A stretch of DNA of 27,973 nucleotides from an uncultured Oligoflexus sp. (lineage in GTDB: Bacteria > Bdellovibrionota_B > Oligoflexia > Oligoflexales > Oligoflexaceae): contig CAXSGP010000061.1 in the NCBI GenBank assembly GCA_964236955.1, forward strand, positions 1-27,973, in the 5' to 3' direction. The translations under genes were made by a program, and so were the position numbers. Below, piece by piece: positions 20,052-27,973 of this stretch (positions are counted from its first letter, which is position 1; each line of letters opens with the position of its first letter). The notes under the pieces are model-generated. The model was not told the DNA's origin. It did not search any database and saw nothing but the letters and a program-made list of their open reading frames with translations.

Positions 20052-20273
20052 ATGGAATTACTTAATATAAACAATAGCATAGAACTTGGTGAAACTATAA
20101 AAAGACGGCGTAAGCAACTCGGTTTGAGTCAAAAAGACTTAGCTGCCTATTGTAAGATTGCTAAAAACGTTTTGACAAATATTGAGAGTGCTCAGTCCGA
20201 TGTCAGAGTATCCACTCTATTCAAGCTTTCTGCCTTCTTAGGATTTAAGCTTAGCTTGGAACTGGAGGATTAA
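20052..20273 (+). CDS. hipB: HipB-like XRE helix-turn-helix antitoxin
   Basis: LGETIKRRRKQLGLSQKDLA...LTNIE HTH; TAATG stop/start overlap with hipA. Confidence 0.9.
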   Translation: MELLNINNSIELGETIKRRRKQLGLSQKDLAAYCKIAKNVLTNIESAQSDVRVSTLFKLSAFLGFKLSLELED

Positions 20274-21544
20274 TGCAGAACTTGAATGTGTTCTACGAAA
20301 ACCTTCGGGTGGGAATTTTGACAAGAAATGACGATCTCATCTATTCCTTTACTTACGATGAAGATTGGATCGTCCATTCAAAAGCTTTCGCTATCAGTCT
20401 CGCATTACCACTGTCGGCAGAGACCTATAGCAATAAGCCCACATTGGCGTTTTTCGAAAATCTCCTCCCGGAGGGTGAAGTTCGTCGAACTCTTGAGCGA
20501 CATCAGAATATTGCCAGCACATTCGACTTCCTTGAAAAATTCGGCAGAGATTGTGCCGGGGCGTTGGTCATTACGCACGAAACAGAAAACAATCAGGAAT
20601 TGCAATCTTACGGCATCAGTCGCGAGATCGACCTTGAAAAAATCGATGCAGCAATTGACCAACATCAGTCTGTTGCCGAAGTTTTGGCTGACATAGATCA
20701 TGGGTATCTATCCCTGGCTGGGGCCCAAGATAAGTTCGCAGCTATTTACCAGGATGGAAAGCTCTTCATCCCACAAGGCACGGCTCCTACGACTCATATC
20801 ATCAAAGTTCCAATATGGAGATCCGGGGTAAAGGAATCGGTCGCCAACGAATATTATTGTATGGAGCTCGCGCGTGCCGTGGACCTGCCTGTGCCGCACT
20901 GCGATATTATCGGAGGCCGTAATCCACTCTTTATCATTGATCGTTACGACAGAGTAGTGAGTTCTGCGGGTGTCGTAAAAAGGCTTCATCAGCAAGACTT
21001 CTGTCAGGCTCAAGGTATTCCGAGTGAACAAAAATACGAGGATAAGGGCGGGCCGAGTATAAAAGATAATTACCGACTCATTCTCACTCAAACTCCAGTA
21101 AGATCTCGGCTAAAAAGCATAAATCTCCTCCTCGATTGGATATGTTTTAATCTCATCATAGGCAATAATGATAGCCATTCTAAAAATATCTCGCTTCTTA
21201 TGAGGGGCTCCACCCATGAGGTATCGCCTCTTTACGATCTCATTTGCACAGCGATCTACCCGAACTTGACAAAACAATTTTCATTTCGCATTGGAGATAG
21301 AAATGAGTTTTCTAAAATCGGTAAAAACCAAATAGATTTGCTTGAAGACGAAATTGAAGTAAGAAGAGGGACCTTTCAAAAACGCCTTCATAACATGAGT
21401 GAGGTCATTCGGGAGAATAAAGAGAAAGTTGCAAAGGCGATTTTAGACAGAGACTCCCGAATAAAGATTGTTCCTCGCATCAACGATCTCATTGATGATC
21501 GGATAAAGAGTCTTCGGTTTCAGGGGGCGATAAAAGTCAGCTGA
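20273..21544 (+). CDS. hipA: HipA family Ser/Thr kinase toxin
   Basis: N-terminal ISLALP..FFENLLPEG..GRDCAGA; P-loop SLAGAQDK; THIIK; NEY..M.LA; RYDR; LHQQDFCQ; catalytic GNNDSHSKN; PLYD. Confidence 0.96.
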   Translation: MQNLNVFYENLRVGILTRNDDLIYSFTYDEDWIVHSKAFAISLALPLSAETYSNKPTLAFFENLLPEGEVRRTLERHQNIASTFDFLEKFGRDCAGALVITHETENNQELQSYGISREIDLEKIDAAIDQHQSVAEVLADIDHGYLSLAGAQDKFAAIYQDGKLFIPQGTAPTTHIIKVPIWRSGVKESVANEYYCMELARAVDLPVPHCDIIGGRNPLFIIDRYDRVVSSAGVVKRLHQQDFCQAQGIPSEQKYEDKGGPSIKDNYRLILTQTPVRSRLKSINLLLDWICFNLIIGNNDSHSKNISLLMRGSTHEVSPLYDLICTAIYPNLTKQFSFRIGDRNEFSKIGKNQIDLLEDEIEVRRGTFQKRLHNMSEVIRENKEKVAKAILDRDSRIKIVPRINDLIDDRIKSLRFQGAIKVS

Positions 21545-21618
21545 TCGCCAAGTATTGTTGCCCACACCGACTCTTGTTAGACGCCAATTAAAATAGGGCC
21601 ACTCCGACAATTAAAAAG

Positions 21619-22282
21619 GGAATAGTCGGTCCTCTTTTCGCAAACTTGTTTCTGAATGACATCGACAAAATGCTGGAAAATGCTCAAACAAACACACGAG
21701 AGGGCCATTACGAAAAGGGTTATGTATACCCGATTCGCTGATGATCTCGTGGTGTTGGTCAGTGCCGGTAGTCGAGGGTCAAATCTGGTAAATAAGGTGA
21801 TTCACAGACTGAAAGAAGAATTCGGAAAACTAGACCTTACCATAAATGAGGACAAGTCCAAAATTGTCAGCCTGGATAAAGGTGAGAGCTTCGGTTTTCT
21901 TGGATTCAACTTTAGCCTGCGCTCCAATGGGAAAAGCCATAGAGACCGACTGGTCATAGCCAGACCCATTCGGAAAAAGCGCACCGAGTTTCTAAGGTCA
22001 ATATCTGAAACACTCAAGAAAAATAGATTTCGCGACGTGCGGGAAGTGATAAAAGACCACCTCAATCCCAAGATTCGAGGCTGGGTCAATTACTTCCGTC
22101 ACGGTAACTCCGCGCAGGATCTTGGGTTCGTTAAATGGCAAATAGAGGGGAAAGTAAGACGATTCGCCTCACGTCAGACACCAGTAAAGCGGGGCGGTAC
22201 GAGCTGGACGAAGTGGAGCCAACAAGCGATATACGAAGACTGGGGACTTTACTCAGATTACAACGTCGCATACGGCAGCTGA
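21619..22282 (+). pseudogene. group II intron reverse transcriptase/maturase fragment, frameshifted, no endonuclease domain
   Basis: GIVGPLFANLFLNDIDKMLE.. in one frame, +1 shift near 21713-20, then YTRFADDLV, LTINEDKSKI, FGFLGFNF, LNPKIRGWVNYF. PQG motif and all upstream RT domains are absent. Confidence 0.9.
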
Positions 22283-22436
22283 CTCCAATTCTAAGCTCCA
22301 TAAACTTTGGGAGCGAAAGCGTTTGGTAGCGCCGGATGCGGGAAATCCGCGAGTCCGGTGCGAGGGGCATCGAAGGGAAACGGGACCAATTGAGGTTAGC
22401 TCGTGATTTGGTTACCGCGCCCTTCCCTGACCCGAG
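21619..22436 (+). mobile_element. 5'-truncated group II intron remnant
   Basis: RT C-terminal part, then domain V GCGCCGGATGCGG-GAAA-TCCGC-GA-GTCCGGTGC (22329-61) and domain VI GAAGGGAAACG...ACCGCGCCCTTCCCTGACCCGA; 3' end approximate. Confidence 0.9.
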
Positions 22437-22437
22437 C

Positions 22438-23033
22438 CTAAAGCATTTGGTTTCTAATGGCATCATATTTAGGGTCGGGTGCTTCGTCTTCAACGTTCCC
22501 AGAACCTTGAGGGCGAGAATCTTGATAGATTTGAATATCAGCCGCAAGAACTTCATTTTTTCCGGTGGAGACAGCGTTTTCTAGGAGCGCCCTCACTTTC
22601 AGGATCGATGCACGATTAAAGGCGCTGTCTAAATCAGACCCTATCACGAGAAAGTAGGCATCGTAGTTAGGATCGCTTGTTAAGGCTTTTACTTGGACAA
22701 TAAGATTCTTATCGTCAGGCGCTCGATAGCCAAAATTTACTTTATTGGCAATCGCTTTCAAATCTTTTCGATTTCCTCCGTCATCTTTAAAGTTACACCC
22801 TAAAAGGGTTTGAGCCTTCTTAGTAGTTGCATCAATAACGTTCGTACAGGTGAGAAGGCTACCGGCAATATTGTTAGGTGGATCGACTTTTTCATCGGCT
22901 TCTTCTGGTGATGCTGCTTTGACCTCTGCGGATTTTTTCGGCTTCTAACAATCGCCGTATTTTTAGTGCAGGATAATGGGGCGAGCGCCAAACCACTGAA
23001 CAAAATAATCTTTTGGCAACTTTCGAGTGACAT
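22438..23033 (-). pseudogene. frameshifted lipoprotein gene
   Basis: Lipobox LAPLS-C; 1-nt frameshift near 22946; the other frame reads KPKKSAEVKAASPEEADEKVDPPNNIAGSLLTC..GCNFKD and continues into ORF 22438..22761. Confidence 0.75.
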
Positions 23034-23086
23034 GGCAGAACACCAATCTTTGACTTAAAGCTGAAAATTCAGTTCTTAGTACGCAC

Positions 23087-23114
23087 TTATCGGTTAAAGT
23101 CCAAGATATCTTTA
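23087..23114 (-). promoter_or_regulatory. sigma28-type promoter
   Basis: Minus strand TAAAG-N15-ACCGATAA, 53 nt upstream of the ATG at 23033. Confidence 0.65.
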
Positions 23115-23289
23115 CACAAATCCGAGGCTGTTATAAATCCTCTGAAATATCCTCTGAATATCAGCAGCTATTAATGGCGGAAGAAGTTAGAATGGCTAAG
23201 TAACTCTGGAGGAAATTAAATATGGTTCTGAAAGCACTTTTGATGCGCTACGGCGAATATTTCTTAAGATAGATTGAAACGTAAAGGGC

Positions 23290-23336
23290 TCCGATTCGAG
23301 CTTTTCTTGTTCCATTCAACTTAGGCTCGAATCGGA
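23290..23336. repeat. 12-bp perfect inverted repeat
   Basis: TCCGATTCGAGC-N23-GCTCGAATCGGA, abutting the kfrA-like stop codon. Confidence 0.8.
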
Positions 23337-23861
23337 TTACTTCATCTCTTTCAATGCCGAAAGCCGCCCTCGGAGTTCTCCAACTTCCAGCAGCAACTTT
23401 TCATGCCGCGCAGTAAGTCCCTCGGCCTCAGTGATTTGATTCGACTGAATCTGAATATCAACGTTTGCAGCTAGAAGCGCCGTCCGAAGGCTTTTAATTT
23501 CATCATCTTGAGCTACGATTTTTTCTTTTTGCGTGTGCGTTTCCGCTTCAAGACGCTCTACCTCTGAGCCTGCATCCCATCCCTTAAGCTCTTTAGATCC
23601 TCCCCTGCCATTGCCGAGGGCTTCGCCCAGATTTGCGCTGTGAGCCCGTCCAGCATCCCCCGGATATCGTCCGGCACCGCTGACGCCGAGGATATGGGTT
23701 CTTCTGAGTGTTTATCTTTCCATTCCCGAAGGATCCGGCTGGATCGTAGTGATCGAGCCGCCACCGAGGGCCTGGCGAACCCGGTCAAGGGTTGGCTTAT
23801 GCCCCTTTGCGTTTAGGTCGCCATAGATTCGGACGATGTTCGTGCGATAAGCGGCTTTCAT
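23337..23861 (-). pseudogene. KfrA-like DNA-binding coiled-coil protein with two frameshifts
   Basis: AAGGAG RBS, ATG 23861. LNAKGHKPTLDRVRQALGGGSITTIQP / ILREWK..AVPDDI..IWA / EVERLEAE..GELRGRLSALKEMK*. Frameshifts near 23735 and 23565. Confidence 0.82.
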
Positions 23862-23908
23862 TACGGGTCTCCTTTTTGAACTCTTTGCGGCGGTTGGAGC
23901 TAAAACAC

Positions 23909-23964
23909 AATATATAATATAATAATGTAGTAGTACAATACTATTATCTACAATATCATATATT
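23909..23964. promoter_or_regulatory. AT-rich long imperfect palindrome upstream of the kfrA-like gene (candidate operator)
   Basis: Outer arms AATATATAATAT / ATATCATATATT and inner TAGTAGTA-CAA-TACTATTA, one mismatch each. Confidence 0.5.
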
Positions 23965-24189
23965 TATTTCTCACCGACTTGGCGCAGTGGCTAAGGAAAG
24001 CTGACAAGGCTAAGCAGAACGCTTTAGATCTATTTCAGCCCTCCACAAAGCGTGTGCTAAGAGGCCTAGAATGAAGATCTCATGACACCAGCGGCAAACA
24101 CAGAGGGAAGGCCTTTCATCCTCACAACCCTTAACGGGTTTGCTTCGGTGTACCTAGAATACTTGCCAAGAATTCAAATGAAGCTGATC

Positions 24190-24372
24190 GAACGTGATCA
24201 ATTTTGCGTAAGCCGTGCCTACTTTGAAAAGCTTAAGCGGCTTGGCATTCTGAACCACTACGGCAAATGTAAGATCAACCTACAGTTTGTGGGAACCCCC
24301 CCTTACGGAACCTTACGCCGGTGATTTGGGAGCTGGGGCTGGGACTGACAGACTGATGATTGCTACCGAGTT
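24190..24372 (+). mobile_element. possible highly degraded group IIC intron 3' end
   Basis: Peptide VSRAYFEKL..LGILNHY resembles IIC maturase C-termini, followed by GAACCCCCCCTTACGGAACCTTACGCCGGTGATTTGGGAG...GCTACCGAGTT, resembling a short IIC domain V/VI. Confidence 0.4.
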
Positions 24373-24445
24373 TCTAAGTCGTTCAAATTTACTATATCTA
24401 TCTGAATTAATTATCCTAATTATTTAACATTTTGACAATTATTTA

Positions 24446-24474
24446 TTGACATATAGACAACTTGGCACTATAAA
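24446..24474 (+). promoter_or_regulatory. sigma70-type promoter for the three-gene operon
   Basis: TTGACA-N17-TATAAA in an AT-rich intergenic region; second TTGACA at 24432. Confidence 0.6.
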
Positions 24475-24605
24475 CGTGTCAGTTAGTATAACTATAGGTT
24501 AAGACGAAAACCCATATGTGAAAAGATCCTTTCGATTTTTCTATCTTCTGGGTCGCCTAGATCACCACATTTTAATTACGCAGCTATGTCACATTAGAGG
24601 AAAAT

Positions 24606-25601
24606 ATGTCCAGAATATATAGAAAAATATTGGCCCTTTTATTCTTTTTGCCTTTCAATGCACTCGCTCTCACCCATTCGCCTTTAAGAAGCGTCACCGG
24701 TCCTGAATGGGGCGAACCTACCTTCAACTCATCGATTCGCGAAGAATGCGGAGCCAAATCGTATAATGCCGGTACAGGCGAAGTCTGTGGCGTTGCGGCC
24801 TATAAAACAGGAACTGATACCAAAGTTTGTGGAAATGAAACTGTTTGCACTTTTAAACCTTGTCGAGGCCCGAGAGGAGGATTCTGTGCTGAACCGATAG
24901 AAAGATGCAAAGACGTACCTGCAACATGTTCAAATATCGCCTTCGGTGTGGCAACCTATAAAAGCTGTGAAAATCCTGCCTTTGGTGCGAGAGAATTCAA
25001 TTCTTGCCCTGACCGGAAACATCCGATTTATCCGACGTTACTTATCCGTAAAACCAGCAGTGAGACGGAATCCTATATCGCCAACGTCCAATCCCAAATC
25101 GAAAACTATTCCATTATGTTTGCTACAAACCTTGCGAGTCTTTTGAGCAAAGTTGCAGATAAAGTGAGCACATCTTGCTTACTAGATACCTACGAAGCAA
25201 GACCTCAATTCAAGGCTATGGTTGTTGATTTAATCCTCAAATTTGAAACCTCTTTTGGCGAAGTCTATCAGCCTCAAAAATATGCTGCGGATTGTTCTTC
25301 AAAAGCAGAGCTGCCTGCTGATATCCAGTACGGGGAATTAAAATGTTCAACCCTATCCTCTCAATCTGTTCTTTCACAGACTGGCATTGCAGGAGTCGAA
25401 GCAGGCTTGCAGAACTTCTATATCAAGTGCCTTTATCAGAAAGGTTATGAAGCCCCTAAAGAATGGTTTCAGTTTCAACTTGACGAAATTGACCTTCTAC
25501 TCAACGACTTTGCCGCAAAAGACAATGCCGCGATTAAGCAAGAACTTATCGATTTAAAGCAGAATCTCTATGACGCAAACGTCATCAAAAAGAAGGATTA
25601 A
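24606..25601 (+). CDS. secreted protein with Cys-rich ~13-aa repeats and helical C-terminal domain
   Basis: GAGG RBS; signal peptide ending ALA-L; repeats CGAKSYNAGTGEV, CGVAAYKTGTDTKV, CSNIAFGVATYKS, CENPAFGAREFNS. Confidence 0.85.
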   Translation: MSRIYRKILALLFFLPFNALALTHSPLRSVTGPEWGEPTFNSSIREECGAKSYNAGTGEVCGVAAYKTGTDTKVCGNETVCTFKPCRGPRGGFCAEPIERCKDVPATCSNIAFGVATYKSCENPAFGAREFNSCPDRKHPIYPTLLIRKTSSETESYIANVQSQIENYSIMFATNLASLLSKVADKVSTSCLLDTYEARPQFKAMVVDLILKFETSFGEVYQPQKYAADCSSKAELPADIQYGELKCSTLSSQSVLSQTGIAGVEAGLQNFYIKCLYQKGYEAPKEWFQFQLDEIDLLLNDFAAKDNAAIKQELIDLKQNLYDANVIKKKD

Positions 25602-25605
25602 TCAG

Positions 25606-26943
25606 ATGAAAAATCTCGAAGCTGTGCTAAACTCCTTGATTTTGACTGCTGCCCTTGCACCATTCGGATTAAGAGCTGAAATAGCTTCAATCGATTCAAG
25701 AAATTCCTCAAGTGATTTCCTAGATTGGCAAATTGAGGGTATTCCAAGTTCCAAGGCACAGCTGGACATTTTTCTAAAGAATATAAAATCGGATGCATTG
25801 CCAAAGTTTAACCGTATTCATGAATGTGTGACAAAAACCAAGATTTTGATGCAAACATATTTTGAGATTAAAAAATACGGCTTCGGAAAGACCCTGACGG
25901 GTCAAACATTGGTGATTGATGCATCTCCAAAATATCCAGCTGATTACCAATATGAAACGAATCTAGTCAGCAATTTTTCATCCCTTAAAACTAGTGAAGA
26001 CGCAGCCTTGACCAGTATCGAAACGTTTCACACTTCAATGGTACTATTGCCAGGCGCTACCACGGGCGAAATCAAGGCAAGGCTCACAAGGATAGATGTA
26101 CAGATTTCAAATCTCTCCTCTAACCTGGCAAAATCGGCTATCAGAGAAGATGCGTTCTTGTTTCTATTGGAAAATTCAGCCAACCTTCTTAAGGTTTCTT
26201 CCGAAAATAACCTTTCAGAACTCGAATTTCTCTTGAGTGATCAATGCAAAGATGTTCCCGTTGCTTCCGTGGCGATCATTGTCGCCAAAGATGTAGCAGA
26301 CATGTCATCGGGCATCGAAGACATGAAACATTTTGTTATCGAGGCACGCGCCAAGCGAAGGGCACTAGTCGAATACCTCTATGATTACCATCGCTATAAG
26401 CTCACCACGGCTTACTATCAAAACACGACGGATGCGTTAATGAGTCTTAGAGACCAAATCCTATCGGTGTTTGCAACGGCTCGCTTGGTCGAGGAAATGA
26501 ACGGCTGGTGGGCTAGCATAGTTGCTATGGGGCTCGCAGATCATCTCCATACTCTTTACTGTCAGTATGACGAACCCTTGAGACGAATGCGGGCGACCAG
26601 GGAGATAGCGCAGCAATACCTTGAACGAGTCGAAGTATTTAAGGACGCTCCTGAGGGCATGAAGGCTGTTTATAGAGGTCAAGCCCTGAACATTATCTCC
26701 AGCATTGATAGAAATATAGCTAGATTAGTGTCTGGCGGTTGGGAAGCTCAATTCAACCAGCAAAAGTTCATGGTCGATTATATGCTGACCATTTCCGATC
26801 AATACGTCGATTCTTGTATCCCGCTGCTGGATGCCTACAAGGTTTTTTCTCCTTCAGTCCTTACAGCTGAGGACTTCCACGGTGCTGAGAAAAAATTCCA
26901 AGAGCTTACGGACACCTGTATCGCTAAGAAAGCGAGGAATTAA
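25606..26943 (+). CDS. hypothetical secreted, mostly alpha-helical protein
   Basis: Start taken as ATG 25606 (GAAGGA upstream, 4 nt after the previous stop; ORF track starts at 25570); signal-like N-terminus ending LRA-E; long amphipathic helices. Confidence 0.85.
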   Translation: MKNLEAVLNSLILTAALAPFGLRAEIASIDSRNSSSDFLDWQIEGIPSSKAQLDIFLKNIKSDALPKFNRIHECVTKTKILMQTYFEIKKYGFGKTLTGQTLVIDASPKYPADYQYETNLVSNFSSLKTSEDAALTSIETFHTSMVLLPGATTGEIKARLTRIDVQISNLSSNLAKSAIREDAFLFLLENSANLLKVSSENNLSELEFLLSDQCKDVPVASVAIIVAKDVADMSSGIEDMKHFVIEARAKRRALVEYLYDYHRYKLTTAYYQNTTDALMSLRDQILSVFATARLVEEMNGWWASIVAMGLADHLHTLYCQYDEPLRRMRATREIAQQYLERVEVFKDAPEGMKAVYRGQALNIISSIDRNIARLVSGGWEAQFNQQKFMVDYMLTISDQYVDSCIPLLDAYKVFSPSVLTAEDFHGAEKKFQELTDTCIAKKARN

Positions 26944-26945
26944 AA

Positions 26946-27973
26946 ATGAAAAATAATTTTCTGCTTCTGGCGATGTTGCTGATAAGCTTTGCATGCCAAA
27001 AAGAGCAGTTTGGAAACCCTTCAGTTCACAAACCGGGCGAGTCTACCCGTTGCATTGGCGGCGGCTGTGGTATGACCTTCACCATCACTGCAGAAGGCAG
27101 AGGCAAGCCGTCTGATCTCCCTCCCCCTTCCGCCGGTCTCGGTGGACTGGGCGATTGGCTCAAAAAGTATATTTCGCCCTCTACAGATGCCAACCGCCCT
27201 ATGGATGACATTGGAAATGGGGGACGTGACAACAGCGTATCAAGCCAACCTAGTTTGCCATCGAGCGGCGGGGATACTACCGATAATGTCAGCCCGGGAG
27301 AGACCGCGCCCAGAGGTCCACCTGCACTTGAGGGTCCCGACGCCATACGTCCTCCGCCGCCAGGGAGGGGAGTCGGCGAGTCTAGTGATAAGAAAGCCGA
27401 CAACAAAGATCCCAATCAAGAAACCAAAAAGGCCACATATTTCGAAGATTCTGATGTAGGAAAGGCTTTCACCAAAATTTATAACTCGGGAAAAGGAGTA
27501 CTTGGTGAGATCAATGGGTCTAATAATAAAAAACGTCGTGAAGCCAAAGAGGCAAAACAAAAAATCAATGAATTGAAAAGCATTCAACAGCAGGTAACGG
27601 CTGCCATTGACGACATCAATAGTAGTTCTCAAACTATTTTTGGTCTCGCTAAGGATCTCACTGATAATAGCAAGTTTGACCAAACGACAGATATTGCAAA
27701 GCAGATGACTGGCCTCGCTGCATCTCATAATTCGCGCGTCGGGAAAATAGCTGAGGAGGTCAACGACATCCCCGACGCAATTGAAATTCCTGCGCCAAAG
27801 CCGATTTATGACACCCCCCAGTTGAAATCAATTGAACAGGCACGGGCGTATCGAAACTATGTTTCGCGAGCTATCGAAGCTGGACCCGAAGATACAAAAG
27901 AACCTCGTCGGAAGTTGGTCTCTGTTGCCGACCAATCCCTTGCTTACTCAGAAGCTGCTTACCGCAGCGGGAA
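26946..27973 (+). CDS. hypothetical lipoprotein, 3'-partial (absent from ORF track)
   Basis: Frame open from ATG 26946 to the window end. MKNNFLLLAMLLISFA-C lipobox, CIGGGCG, Pro/Gly/Ser-rich linker, coiled-coil (REAKEAKQKINELKSIQQQVTAAIDDI), ends ..VADQSLAYSEAAYRSG. Confidence 0.88.
   Translation, partial: MKNNFLLLAMLLISFACQKEQFGNPSVHKPGESTRCIGGGCGMTFTITAEGRGKPSDLPPPSAGLGGLGDWLKKYISPSTDANRPMDDIGNGGRDNSVSSQPSLPSSGGDTTDNVSPGETAPRGPPALEGPDAIRPPPPGRGVGESSDKKADNKDPNQETKKATYFEDSDVGKAFTKIYNSGKGVLGEINGSNNKKRREAKEAKQKINELKSIQQQVTAAIDDINSSSQTIFGLAKDLTDNSKFDQTTDIAKQMTGLAASHNSRVGKIAEEVNDIPDAIEIPAPKPIYDTPQLKSIEQARAYRNYVSRAIEAGPEDTKEPRRKLVSVADQSLAYSEAAYRSG

Noticed and set aside
20052..22282. hipBA plus RT as a retron-like or RT-toxin defence system
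   Set aside because: The RT lacks its N-terminal domains, is frameshifted, and is followed by group II intron domains V/VI; adjacency looks like the result of a deletion.
21619..22436. Diversity-generating retroelement
   Set aside because: No template/variable repeat pair or avd-like gene was seen, and the RT motifs are intron-type.
23137..23158. Direct repeat ATCCTCTGAA x2
   Set aside because: Only two short copies, likely slippage; not enough for an iteron call.
329..27728. Numerous shadow ORFs overlapping the main genes (e.g. 13527..14126, 4494..4733, 27026..27415, 27240..27728)
   Set aside because: They are antisense or alternate-frame to well-supported CDSs and have no independent motifs.

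Overview
Bacterial chromosomal window. Gene style (DUF1592/DUF1552 pair, many lipoproteins, 7TM-DISM cyclase, sigma28-type promoters) suggests Oligoflexia/Bdellovibrionota; this is an inference. The left part (1-~17.7 kb) holds intact genes: a DUF1592-family lipoprotein plus Tat-exported DUF1552 protein, a phosphorelay cluster (Hpt-REC hybrid kinase, 3-PAS Cph1-like kinase, Rcp1-like regulator, divergent tandem-receiver protein), a 7TM-DISM class III cyclase, a YkgJ protein, a di-heme cytochrome c lipoprotein and a lipoprotein that seems to have lost its heme motif. An ice-binding (DUF3494-like) pseudogene fragment follows. A 5'-truncated tRNA-Leu(TAA) with its terminator at ~19.6-19.7 kb looks like the att junction of an island extending rightwards. 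That region carries an intact hipBA module with four operators at an exact 49-bp period, one clear and one possible group II intron remnant, frameshifted lipoprotein and kfrA-like pseudogenes, and an intact, tightly coupled operon of three uncharacterised exported proteins that runs off the window. That operon is the best candidate for an undescribed system. All family calls come from motif recognition by eye, not from database searches.
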